From the NCBI GenBank assembly GCA_963696385.1, contig CAVOKF010000006.1, forward strand, positions 1 through 64,000: 64,000 nt of DNA. The letters are read 5' to 3'. The notes beneath the pieces were generated by a model, which worked only from the letters and a program-made list of their open reading frames with translations, was not told where the DNA came from and did not search any database. The DNA comes from an uncultured delta proteobacterium (GTDB lineage Bacteria > Myxococcota_A > Polyangia > Polyangiales > Polyangiaceae). A program made the position numbers and the translations under genes. Positions 20,199 through 29,391 of this stretch are shown here, piece by piece; the first letter of the stretch is position 1, and each line of letters starts with the position of its first letter.

Positions 20199-22200
20199 GT
20201 GCGTCCAGCTAAGGCTGGCGCGTTTTGTGGGAGCCAGTCCCACCGAGGCTAAGAACCAGAGGCCTCGTAGCTTGAGTGGTAGGAAGGAGAGAAATCGATG
20301 ACCTAAAGCCCACTGACAAAGCCATCGCAAGGATGGTGAGCGAGTCCCCGGGCCGTAACGAAAGTGAACGCAGAGGTGGCCCCGAAAAGGAGAAACCCCG
20401 GAGGCCGAGCCCTCAACCGGAGGGCGAAGGCAGCACGGCACACCACAAACTGGTTGACGTGGTGGACCGCTCCGGCGGGGTGGTAGCGACGGCACGGAGA
20501 CAAGAACGCGCTGGAAACTGGAGAAGCCCTCCTCGCCCCGACGAGAAATCGACGGAAAAAGGTAGGTCGTATAACCGGCAACCCCGGGAAGTCGGCCGAA
20601 GGCGAAAGGGTGGCGGAGGGGCCGGTAGTAGCGTCGAAGCGGGGTAATGCCCGTGGAGCGAAGCGGCCCTGCTGTTGGTAATTCCTCTTACGAAACGGAA
20701 GGCAGGGGCGATATGATAAAGGCGCCTATTAGTCTGCAGGACCTGAGACGGAGGATATACGCGAAGGCGAAGGCTGAACCAACCTGGCGTTTCTGGGGAC
20801 TGTACGTCCACGTCTGCAAGACGGAAACGATTGAGGCCGCCTACGAGATGGTTAAGCAGAACGATGGAGCGCCGGGTATCGACGGCGTCACCTTCGAGGC
20901 CATCGAGGCAAGCGGCGTCGAGAAGTTCCTCGGGCAGATACGGGACGAACTAGTCTCGCATCAGTATCGACCCATGCGGAACCGTCGGAAAGCGATACCG
21001 AAGGATGGGGGCAAAACTCGCGTCCTCTCGATACCTGCAATCCGCGACCGTGTGGTCCAGGGGGCACTCAAGCTCATTCTGGAACCCATTTTCGAAGCTG
21101 ACTTCCAACCGGGGTCCTACGGCTACCGCCCGAAGCGGTCGCAGCATGGCGCGGTCCGCCGGGTAGCGGAGGCCGTCGTCAGGAATAAGACCCGGATCCT
21201 CGACATCGATTTGCGAGCCTATTTCGACAACGTTCGGCATCATGTGTTGCTCGAAAAAGTCGCAAAGCGCGTGAACGACGATGCGGTCATGACTCTCCTG
21301 TCGATGATTCTCAAAGCATCCGGTAAGAGGGGAGTTCCCCAAGGCGGGGTAATTTCACCCGTGCTCAGCAACCTGTACCTCAATGAGGTCGATAGGATGC
21401 TCGAGCGCGCCAAACAGGTCACGGCCGAAGGCAAGTACGCATATGTCGAATATGCGCGCTTTGCTGACGATCTTGTGGTCCTCGTGGACGCCTACCGACG
21501 CCATGCCTGGTTGCTGCAGGCGGTCAACCGTAGACTCCGGGAAGAATTCAGCAAACTTCACGTGGAAATCAACGAAGACAAGAGTCGACTCGTGGACCTC
21601 TCGAAAGACGAGAGCTTCGGATTTCTCGGCTTTGACTTTCGTCGCATCCGCAGTCTCCGCGGTGAATGGCGTCCGCATTTGACGCCGCAACGCAAGAAAC
21701 GGACGGCGCTGCTGCGCAAGCTCAAGGACGTGTTCCGACGTTTTCAGTCCCAGCCGGTGGAGCGGGTGGTGCAGATTATCAATCCGATTCTACGCGGATG
21801 GGTGCAATACTTTCGAGTGGGTCACTCGAGCCGATGCTTCGGCTTCGTCAAGGACTGGGTGGAGAAGAAGGTGAGGCGACATCTGATGCGTGCCCGGAAC
21901 CTGCCCGGTTTCGGCTGGAAGAGGTGGAGTAGGTCATGGCTCTACGGAACGCTCGGGCTCTTCAATGGGTACCGAGTGGCTCCGCGGCAGGACATGCCGA
22001 AAGCGCTCCCAGCACGATAGGTCCCATAAACCTTGGCGCGAAGCTGGCAGGACAGCGGAGTGCGGGAAATCCGCCTGCTCCGTTGGACGAGGCGGGGACT
22101 GGAAACGGAGCGATGGAGAGGCAAGTGAGGCACCGTCAACCGAAAGGGACGGAAACAGATTGGCCCCCCTGCACGCCACCGCGCCAGTCCTCGACCCTAC
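20199..22200 (+). mobile_element. Group II intron B nested in domain V of intron A
   Basis: 5' GTGCGTCCAG. Domain V AGCGGAGTGCGGGAAATCCGCCTGCTCCGTT. 3' end CTCGACCCTAC. Confidence 0.95.
20713..22020 (+). CDS. ltrA: Group II intron RT/maturase (FADD)
   Basis: APGIDG, IPAIRDRVVQ, SYGYRP, GVPQGGVISP, RFADD, FLGF, INPILRGWVQYF. Confidence 0.95.
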   Translation: MIKAPISLQDLRRRIYAKAKAEPTWRFWGLYVHVCKTETIEAAYEMVKQNDGAPGIDGVTFEAIEASGVEKFLGQIRDELVSHQYRPMRNRRKAIPKDGGKTRVLSIPAIRDRVVQGALKLILEPIFEADFQPGSYGYRPKRSQHGAVRRVAEAVVRNKTRILDIDLRAYFDNVRHHVLLEKVAKRVNDDAVMTLLSMILKASGKRGVPQGGVISPVLSNLYLNEVDRMLERAKQVTAEGKYAYVEYARFADDLVVLVDAYRRHAWLLQAVNRRLREEFSKLHVEINEDKSRLVDLSKDESFGFLGFDFRRIRSLRGEWRPHLTPQRKKRTALLRKLKDVFRRFQSQPVERVVQIINPILRGWVQYFRVGHSSRCFGFVKDWVEKKVRRHLMRARNLPGFGWKRWSRSWLYGTLGLFNGYRVAPRQDMPKALPAR

Positions 22201-22549
22201 CCGGCGAGGGCCCCGGGGCCAGTAAGCGCCCGGGGCTACTCGACAAGTGCGTCGGTCGACGAAGAGCCACGGAAGAGGGCGCGGAAACATATCGCGTCTT
22301 AGGGGCGTTCGTTATCGCTGAATCGGCGAAAGATTAGATGAACCGGTGGCGGCGCGTCCTGGACCGCCCGGCACGCCGCCCGGCACGGGTGCCGCAGCCT
22401 CGAGATCGATCGCGGGGCGTCTCGAGAGCAGCCCCCGTGCCGGTCGTCGGTCATCGAAAATAGCGACCGACCTCCCGCTGGATTATCCATCCGACACCCC
22501 CGCGTGCTCAAAGGCACAAAGCGAAGTGGGGGCCGAAGGGAGATCGATC

Positions 22550-23701
22550 ATGCGGAGCATAGGATTGGATCTTGGAGCGCGCCACATTGCGTATTGCGAG
22601 ATACGGAACGGAGAGGTCATCGATCGGACCTCTGTGAAGAGGCTGGACCAACTCAAGTCGCGAATCGGCCCCGACTGTCCACCTGCGCGGATTGCGTTTG
22701 ATGCGTCGCGTGAAGGATGGCACGTGCACGATACCCTCACGTCGTGGGGGCACGATGCGAAGATGATCGATACGACGCGGGTGCGTGCGATGGGCGTCGC
22801 GCATCACAAGCGCAAAAACGATGCTCTCGATGCTGAGGCGGCCGCACGTGCCGTAGACCAAGGACGGATCCCCGAGGCGCACATTCTGTCTCCCGCCCGC
22901 CGAGCCCTGCGCGCGCAGTTGAGCGTGCGCGGCGCGCTGGTCGAAACACGTGCGCAGTATGTGACGACGATACGCGGGCTCGGGCGCGCGGCAGGCGTGC
23001 TCCTTCCCACATGCACAACCGAGAACTTTGTGAACAAGGTTCGCGAGAGCTCGCTCGACGACGCGACGAGCACGCTCATCGCGCCGCTCCTTGCCGTGCT
23101 CGTCGGAGTCGAAGAAGAGCTCACCAAGGTCGAACGGACGCTTTCGGAAATGGCGATGCGTGAGCCCATCACGAAACTTCTCGCCACCGCTCCTGGCGTC
23201 GGCCTTATCGTGGCGTCCACCTTCGTTTCGGTGATCGACGAGGCGAAGCGCTTTCGCAATGCGCAGGCAGTCGGAGCGTACCTTGGTTTGGTGCCGTCGG
23301 AGTTGACGACAGGCGGACCTGAAAAGCGGCGCCTGGGCTCGATCACCAAGCAGGGCAACACGTATGCGAGAAAAATGCTCGTCCAAGCGGCGTGGCTCAT
23401 CCTCAGGTCACGCGACATGGACGACCCGATTCGCCAGTGGGGCGACCGCATCGCCAAGACGCGAGGCAAGAGAATCGCCGTCATCGCCATCGCACGAAAA
23501 CTCGCCGGCGTCCTCTGGGCGATGTGGCGCGACGGCACCGCTTACGATCCGGTGGGACAGGCCAAGGCGAGCGCAAAGGGCACTCGCAGAGAGGCTCGTT
23601 CGAAAAACGCGAATGCGGAGGCGCTCGAACGATCCGCCAAGAAACTCCAACGGCGGGCTCCTCGCCGCAACAAGATTTCGGAGGACGTCGCCATGACATG
23701 A
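22550..23701 (+). CDS. IS110 DEDD recombinase/transposase
   Basis: IGLDLG, KNDALDA, PGVG, AYLGLVPS, ITKQGN, AIARKL. GAAGGGAG RBS. Confidence 0.95.
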   Translation: MRSIGLDLGARHIAYCEIRNGEVIDRTSVKRLDQLKSRIGPDCPPARIAFDASREGWHVHDTLTSWGHDAKMIDTTRVRAMGVAHHKRKNDALDAEAAARAVDQGRIPEAHILSPARRALRAQLSVRGALVETRAQYVTTIRGLGRAAGVLLPTCTTENFVNKVRESSLDDATSTLIAPLLAVLVGVEEELTKVERTLSEMAMREPITKLLATAPGVGLIVASTFVSVIDEAKRFRNAQAVGAYLGLVPSELTTGGPEKRRLGSITKQGNTYARKMLVQAAWLILRSRDMDDPIRQWGDRIAKTRGKRIAVIAIARKLAGVLWAMWRDGTAYDPVGQAKASAKGTRREARSKNANAEALERSAKKLQRRAPRRNKISEDVAMT

Positions 23702-23739
23702 ATCGTCACGACTGTCTCCGATGCGCCTTGAGCGCGTAG

Positions 23740-24020
23740 CCTAAGAGCACCCCATCTGGAGGAACGTTGAACGCGACAAATTGGTAGAAGCTCTTACGAT
23801 CTCCGCTCCGGTGGAGACGTGACTGTACTTCGTGCGAAAAATTGCGTCTCGTTCCACCGCTTCGAATCCAAATCTACGTCTCGGGCCTTGGACGCGAACT
23901 TCGCTGCCCGATGAACGTGAAGAGTCAATCGAGAGGTAGCTCGCCAAGCCGCGCGTTCGGAGCGCTCCCCTTACTGTCACCGTGCTCCGGCGCCCTCAAG
24001 CGCCGAGAAGGGAAACGTCC
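23740..24020 (+). ncRNA. Candidate bridge/seek RNA
   Basis: Two stems with internal loops (TAAGAGC/GCTCTTA; GAGACGT/ACGTCTC) conserved in the orphan copy. Position is typical of IS1111. Boundaries are approximate. Confidence 0.6.
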
Positions 24021-24189
24021 ATTGAATTCTAAGAACCCAGCTCACTCCGAAACGAAAAAAAACTCTTTGCGCGAAACCCCTTGCCCACGCCACCGGTTCA
24101 GAGTCATTGAATTCTAAGAACCCAGCTCACTCCGAAACGAAAAAAAACTCTTTGCGCGAAACCCCTTGCCCACGCCACCGGTTCAGAGT
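24020..24189 (+). repeat. 85-bp tandem duplication of the IS right end
   Basis: 24020-24104 = 24105-24189, each containing the right IR. Confidence 0.95.
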
Positions 24190-24330
24190 CCGATTTGCGC
24201 CTTTCCTTGGGCCATGTCGAGCCCCCCTCGTGCACGATGCGGTTGCCGGCTGGCGGCGGCCGAAGCCGCTCCGGTTGCCGGAACGGCCCATTTGTGGCAT
24301 AATTCCTGCGGAATTTCGAGGAGTTTGACG

Positions 24331-24618
24331 ATGGCGAAGCCCCTGACCCCTGCTGACCTGCCTGATGACGTCGCGCAACTCGCGCAAGCACAGATCGCAG
24401 CCGGTCGGTTCGCGTCGGTCGAGGAATTCCTTCGCGCGACCGCCGCGGCGTTCCGCCTCACGGACCGAGTCCCGGCGGTCGATGACGAAGCCGCGTTCGT
24501 CGCGGCCGTCCATGAAGGACTCGCAGACCTCGCGGCGGGGAACGTCCGGTCTCACGAGGACGTCGTCGCCGACACCGAGCGGCTGTTGGCCACGTACGAA
24601 GACCGACGCCCTCAGTAA
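24331..24618 (+). CDS. ParD-like antitoxin
   Basis: AQIAAGRFASVEEFLR, AVHEGLADLAAGNV. TAATG coupling to the toxin. Confidence 0.8.
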   Translation: MAKPLTPADLPDDVAQLAQAQIAAGRFASVEEFLRATAAAFRLTDRVPAVDDEAAFVAAVHEGLADLAAGNVRSHEDVVADTERLLATYEDRRPQ

Positions 24619-24902
24619 TGCGGCTCGCTTGGACGCGACGCGCGGAGCGCGACCGTAAGCGGATCGTCGCTTACGTCGCCGAGCGCAATCCCGCCGCCGC
24701 GCGCCGCATCGTCGCCGCGATCGACGCGCAGCTCGAAGCGGTGCTGGATTTCCCGAACCTTGGGACGCAGGGGCGTGTGCCAGGCACGCGCGAGTTCGTG
24801 GTCCTGCGGCTACCGTACATCGTCGTCTACACCGTGATGGAGGACATCGTTTACGTCGTCCATGTCTGGGATGGGCGGCGCGACCTCCTACCGAAGCCGT
24901 AG
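24618..24902 (+). CDS. RelE/ParE-family toxin
   Basis: LAWTRRAERD, FPNLG..GRVPGTRE, PYIVVY, VWDGRRD. Confidence 0.9.
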   Translation: MRLAWTRRAERDRKRIVAYVAERNPAAARRIVAAIDAQLEAVLDFPNLGTQGRVPGTREFVVLRLPYIVVYTVMEDIVYVVHVWDGRRDLLPKP

Positions 24903-24909
24903 GGCGGGA

Positions 24910-25283
24910 TCAATCGTCGCGAAACCACGACGACAGCCACTTCACCGCCCGTCGGCCATGCTCCTCCGTGCCGCCTCGAACGCGCTTCGACGCGACATCG
25001 ATCCCCACAACCGTCTCTTGCATCCCGAGCGCGCTACAGAAGAGCATGCATGCGTTGAAAAACGCCAGCACGGCACCGCCGCCGTCCTTCAAGTTCCCGA
25101 GCTGCCAGCTTCCGGCGTATGAGACGACGAGAGAGGCCACGAAAGCCGTCCTGGGTCCACTATGCCGGTGAGCTTCCGAAACGTATTGGTCAGGACTGCG
25201 ACGAGAAGCGACGCGCCGGCGTAAGTGCCGAGAAACTCCCATGTAACGAATTTCGGTGTTTGAGTCGAGGCCGGGTCGGCCAT
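24910..25283 (-). pseudogene. Small membrane protein, frameshifted near 25150
   Basis: N-half in ORF 25089..25463 (MADP..., AGGGAGG RBS), C-half in ORF 24910..25242. Confidence 0.55.
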
Positions 25284-25285
25284 GT

Positions 25286-25510
25286 CTATCCCTCCCTTTC
25301 GTATGAACTCACGCTGACAGGGCCATTCTTCTTGCCGCTCATTCGTCGGCCCTGCCCGATGCCAGCGGCCAGGCACAGTCTCAAGTAGTCGAGCAGTGGC
25401 TTGGCCTCGACCGCGACGCTGGTCATAAAGTCGCGATCGCCGCCGACGACCATGCCCAGCCAATTGTTTCCGGCCCTATCGAACACCCACGATCCGGAAT
25501 CGCCCGGCGT
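25286..25510 (-). pseudogene. C-terminal fragment of a trypsin-like serine protease
   Basis: PGDSGSWVF...LGMVVGG motif. The 5' part is replaced by the duplicated TA block. Confidence 0.6.
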
Positions 25511-25605
25511 CGCTCGCTGCGGCGTCCGCCGCCTCGTACGCCGCGGTACACCCCCGAGCGATCTGGCGAGGTGCCGTTTTGACCTGCCGTGGTACATTCT
25601 CGGGC

Positions 25606-25794
25606 ATGAACTCGCGCGGCACCAACGGGAGCAACGGCACTACGCGCAAGCGCGCGACGGCGCCGAAGCGCCCCAAGGGCGGCGTGACGAAGGCTCAGCA
25701 GGCGGCCCGCCGCAAGTTCCTGGCCGATAGCCCGGTGAAGCCGACCCGCGAGGGAATGGAAGCCATCCACCGCGAGCTCGTCGGCAGCGAATGA
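25606..25794 (+). CDS. Putative antitoxin (paralog of 5389..5577)
   Basis: Close similarity to the first copy, ATGA overlap with the toxin. Confidence 0.65.
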   Translation: MNSRGTNGSNGTTRKRATAPKRPKGGVTKAQQAARRKFLADSPVKPTREGMEAIHRELVGSE

Positions 25795-26168
25795 AGCTGA
25801 GCGGGATCACCGCTGACACCGGCTTCCTCATCGGTCTGGAGCGGCGGAAGCAGCGGGCGATCGATCTGCTCGGCTACGCGATCGCGAGAAAGCTTCGGAT
25901 CAGCGTGCCTGTAGCAGCCCTCGCCGAGTGGTGGCGCGGAGGTTCTCGCGAGTCTCGGATCCTGCGGCTCGTTGCAGCCGAGGACATGACGGAGGCGCTC
26001 GCAAAGAGCGCGGGTGAGGCGCTCGCCGCAGTCCCTGGCGCGACCGTGGTCGACGCGATCGTGATGGCGTCCGCCGCCGCTCGCGGCGGGGTCGTCTACA
26101 CCTCGGACTTCGACGATCTCTCGCGGCTGCGCGACCACTTCCGCGCCGTGCGCGTTTTCACCGTCTAA
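25791..26168 (+). CDS. PIN-domain (VapC-like) toxin (paralog of 5574..5951)
   Basis: Same PIN motifs. Confidence 0.85.
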   Translation: MKLSGITADTGFLIGLERRKQRAIDLLGYAIARKLRISVPVAALAEWWRGGSRESRILRLVAAEDMTEALAKSAGEALAAVPGATVVDAIVMASAAARGGVVYTSDFDDLSRLRDHFRAVRVFTV

Positions 26169-26402
26169 CGTTGGGCGCGGGCACGCGGGGCGGATGCCTG
26201 GGTGGGCGGCTTAGAGAGGCGATCTCTGAGCCAGATTGGCGAGACTTCGGCCTTGCCGCGCCGTGCAGCGAGGCGTTTGATGGCGGCATGGCGACCCTCG
26301 CGAAAGAATTCGTGCTGTTCCTCAAGGCGATCAAGGCGAACGACGGGACGGCCGTAACCAAGCACGGGACCAACGTCATGGGGCTCTACGCGAAGGGCAT
26401 CC

Positions 26403-27065
26403 TTGGCGGCTGGGGAGCTCGAGCAAACGGCGTGCTCCCGGCACGTGAAAGTATCGGAGCGGGTGTGCCCTTTTTGCGGAGAGACCGCCGCGCGGCCGTC
26501 GACGGGCGATCCGTTCCGACGCATGGCCGCGGCGGCTGCCGTCGCCGCGGGGCTCACGGCGTGTTCCAGTTCCGGCACGTCCAGTTCCGGCACGCCCTTT
26601 TACGGCGCCCCGGGCCCGGAGTCCGACGCGACGGGCGGCGCCGTCGCGTCGGAGTCCGGAACGCTCGGAGGCGAAGATGCGTCTTCGGTGGTCTTGTTCT
26701 ATGGGTTCGGCAACCCTGCCCCGGTGCAAGACGACGCCACGACCGGCGCGTCCGATGCGCACGAGGACGGGCCGCCGGAGCGGGAAGATGCGCCGTCGGT
26801 GGTCGCGTTCTACGGGATCGCCAATCCCGTCCCCGTCCAGGGCGACGCCACGACCGGCGCGTCCGATGCGCACGAGGATGGCCCGTCGGAGCGGGAAGAT
26901 GCGCCGTCGGTGGTCGCGTTCTACGGGATCGGCAATCCCGTCCCCGTCCAGGGCGACGCCACGACCGGCGCGTCCGATGCGCACGAGGATGGTCCGTCGG
27001 AGCGGGAAGATGCGCCGTCGGTGGTCGCGTTCTACGGGATCGCCAACCCCAAACCGCACGGGTGA
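26403..27065 (+). CDS. Cys-motif lipoprotein-like protein with repeated FYG motifs; 5' end uncertain
   Basis: CSRHVKVSERVCPFCG, lipobox LTAC, five FYG motifs. Confidence 0.65.
   Translation: MAAGELEQTACSRHVKVSERVCPFCGETAARPSTGDPFRRMAAAAAVAAGLTACSSSGTSSSGTPFYGAPGPESDATGGAVASESGTLGGEDASSVVLFYGFGNPAPVQDDATTGASDAHEDGPPEREDAPSVVAFYGIANPVPVQGDATTGASDAHEDGPSEREDAPSVVAFYGIGNPVPVQGDATTGASDAHEDGPSEREDAPSVVAFYGIANPKPHG
26733..27050 (+). repeat. 111-bp (37-aa) coding tandem repeat, about 3 copies
   Basis: Unit DATTGASDAHEDGP(P/S)EREDAPSVVAFYGI(A/G)NPVPVQG. Confidence 0.9.
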
Positions 27066-27138
27066 GCGCCTGGGTCAGCTCCGGTTCACCTTCTGACGGT
27101 GATCGGCTCTCGAGAGCGACGAGTCCGCTTGCGCCCTC

Positions 27139-28059
27139 TCACACCGCGGTCAGCTTGCTCGACGCCAGCACGAGGTGCAGCTCGCGGATCACGCCGCACC
27201 GGTCCACGTCGCATCGCACGATGAGCTTCGGCGCGAAGCCTTCCCGCACGTGGTCGTATTCCAAGAGCAACGCCGGTAGCCCGTTTACGAGCCGCGACGC
27301 GAAGCGCGCGTCTCCGCCGAGTTTCTTCTGTACTCCCAAGAAGAACCGCACGACACGATCCGCGCCGATCACCGGCCGCAACGCCGCGCGATACTCGCCG
27401 CCGCCGTCGCTCAGGAGGCGCACGTCGTCCGTGAGGCACGCCGCGGCGGCGCTCACGTCGTTCGCGAGCAAGGCCCCGAAGAATCGTTGAAGCGCGCCCA
27501 TCGTCTGCGCCCCGAGCGACGCGCGGTCCGCCGGGCAATCGCGATCGTACGCGGCCATCGCACGCCGCGCGCGGTGGTGCACGACCTTCACGTTCGCTTG
27601 CGTCAAGGACAGCGCGTCCGCGGTCTCTTCCACCGAGTAGTCGAGCATGTCGCGGAGGAGGAGCACCGCCCGCTGCGACGGCGTGAGTGCCTCGAGCGCC
27701 ACGAGGAACCCGAAGGACGCCGACTCGCGCAGCTCGTAGCGCGCGTCTGGGGGGACCTCGCCGGCGGGGACGTCGGCCACGTCCTCGCCCGTCGGCGATG
27801 GCAGCCAGGGCCCTACGTACTTGCGCACCTTGCGCCGACGGAGCGCGTCGCGCGCGAGGTTCATCGCCACGCTGACGAGCCACGGGCGCCACGGGGCGTC
27901 CGGTCGCGCAGGAGTATGCGCCAGGGCGCGTGCGAACGTCTCCTGCACGATGTCCTCGGCGTCCGCGGTCGACCCCGTCATTCGATAGGCCACGCCCCAC
28001 AGCAGCCGCTCGTGCTGCCGGTAGCTCCCTTCGAGCGACTCGGTTCGGGGCGCGGTCAT
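27139..28059 (-). CDS. ECF sigma factor with SnoaL-like C-terminus (SigJ/ECF41-like)
   Basis: AYRMTGSTADAEDIVQE, YVGPWLPSP, LLSDGGG. Confidence 0.9.
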   Translation of the reverse strand: MTAPRTESLEGSYRQHERLLWGVAYRMTGSTADAEDIVQETFARALAHTPARPDAPWRPWLVSVAMNLARDALRRRKVRKYVGPWLPSPTGEDVADVPAGEVPPDARYELRESASFGFLVALEALTPSQRAVLLLRDMLDYSVEETADALSLTQANVKVVHHRARRAMAAYDRDCPADRASLGAQTMGALQRFFGALLANDVSAAAACLTDDVRLLSDGGGEYRAALRPVIGADRVVRFFLGVQKKLGGDARFASRLVNGLPALLLEYDHVREGFAPKLIVRCDVDRCGVIRELHLVLASSKLTAV

Positions 28060-28098
28060 CTACTCGGCTTCATGCTCACCCTCATGCGCTTCACGGCG

Positions 28099-29391
28099 TC
28101 AGGCGACCTGGGCCACCTCCAAGGTAGCCGCGATCTCGTCCGCCGCGCGCTCGGCGCTCGCCAGCGATGCGTCGAGCAGCATCCCTTCGCCGCCCACCCA
28201 GTCGCCCACCACGAAGACGTCCGGCGCGTCCGGGACGCGCGGGGGCGGGCGCCCCGCGAGGCCCCCGTCGCGCGCGGTCACGATCGCGTTCGTCGCGATC
28301 ATCGCCGGGAGCCAGCGCCGCTCGACGACGACGGCCCGCCAGCCCGGTTGAAGAAGGTCGAGAAGCTCCTCGAGCTCCGCCTCGTCGCGCGCGGCGTCGC
28401 CCTTGGTGCCCGTGGGGAGGTACTTCATCGTGCTCACGAGGGCACCCCCTGGCGGCGCCACGCGCGCCGTGCGCGAGTGCACCGAGAAGTACGTCGGGCG
28501 GTCCACGCCGAGCGCGAATGTCGCGCGGTCGTTCGGCAGCTTCGACAGCGCCACATCGAGGCACGCCGCGCGCGCCGGCAAGCACCGCTCGGCCCATGCT
28601 CCGAGCGCGCTCGACGCGACGATCGACCGCGCCGACGCCGGCCCCGTCGCGAGCACCAGCGCCCGGCACGTCACCGCATCGCCGTTCTCGAGCGACACGC
28701 GCCATCCGTCGCCCTCGCGCTGCGCTGTCGCGACCCGCGCCTCGGTGCGCACCACGGCCCCAGCCGCGCGCGCCTCCCTCTCGATGCCAGCGACGAGCGT
28801 CGCCCAGCCGCCGTCCACGTACACGACGCCCGGCTTCTGCGCGATCCGCAGCTGCGCGAGCGTGGCCCCGGCGCTCACCGCGCCGGGCGCATTCGCGTAC
28901 GTGGCAACCCGCACGAAGGCTTCGAGCGTCGCGCGCATCGCCGGGTCGGGCACCTCCGCCCGGGCGAAGTCGCTCCACGTCACGCCGGCCAGCTTCGCTG
29001 CATCGAGTGATCCGAGCCGCGCGAAGAACGACGCACCCTGGAGCTTCGCGGCCCACGGCACCACCGACGTCGTGATCAGCGATCCCACCGTCCTTGGCAG
29101 CGTGTGCGCCTTTCCGTCCAGCACGGCTAGCCCCGACACCGGCGGCTGCTGGCCCAGCGGCTTCACGCCAAGCGTCGCGAAAACGCGCGCGGACGCGCCG
29201 CCTGCGTACAGGGCGTGCGGCCCTTGGTTGAACGCGAAGCCGGCCTTTTGCTGGGTCGCAGCGCGGCCGCGCGTCTTCTCTCCGCGCTCGAGCAGGGTCA
29301 CGCGCCGCCCCTGCCGCCCGACGAGGGCTGCCGCCGCCAGCCCACCGAGCCCGCCCCCCACCACAGCCACGTCGCAGGTCACGCCGTCCAT
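28099..29391 (-). CDS. FAD-dependent oxidoreductase (phytoene dehydrogenase-like)
   Basis: ATG 29391. VVGGGLGGL, FNQGPHALY, VVGDWVG. Confidence 0.88.
   Translation of the reverse strand: MDGVTCDVAVVGGGLGGLAAAALVGRQGRRVTLLERGEKTRGRAATQQKAGFAFNQGPHALYAGGASARVFATLGVKPLGQQPPVSGLAVLDGKAHTLPRTVGSLITTSVVPWAAKLQGASFFARLGSLDAAKLAGVTWSDFARAEVPDPAMRATLEAFVRVATYANAPGAVSAGATLAQLRIAQKPGVVYVDGGWATLVAGIEREARAAGAVVRTEARVATAQREGDGWRVSLENGDAVTCRALVLATGPASARSIVASSALGAWAERCLPARAACLDVALSKLPNDRATFALGVDRPTYFSVHSRTARVAPPGGALVSTMKYLPTGTKGDAARDEAELEELLDLLQPGWRAVVVERRWLPAMIATNAIVTARDGGLAGRPPPRVPDAPDVFVVGDWVGGEGMLLDASLASAERAADEIAATLEVAQVA

Larger units (their letters stand above)
18186..22244 (+). mobile_element. Group II intron A (outer; tentatively class E-like)
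   Basis: 5' GTGCG. Domain V GAGCCGGATGGTGGCAATCTCCTTGTCCGGTT|C is split by intron B. Domain VI ends CTACTCGAC. The exons rejoin to the empty R site. Confidence 0.95.
22331..24189 (+). mobile_element. IS110-family, IS1111-type element
   Basis: Subterminal 13-bp IRs TGAACCGGTGGCG (22339-22351) / CGCCACCGGTTCA (24173-24185), long downstream non-coding region, no target duplication relative to empty R. Confidence 0.95.
18170..24197 (+). repeat. R repeat split in three (18170-18185, 22245-22330, 24190-24197) by intron and IS110 insertions
   Basis: The three pieces join to give 4037-4146. Confidence 0.95.

Noticed and set aside
18825..22020. RTs as retron, DGR or defence RT
   Set aside because: Both sit inside complete group II intron RNA boundaries with domain X; no TR/VR pair or msr-msd.
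26162..26176. GTCTAAC-GTTGGGC as a collapsed attC
   Set aside because: No intervening hairpin, and the paralogous copy lacks it; likely chance.
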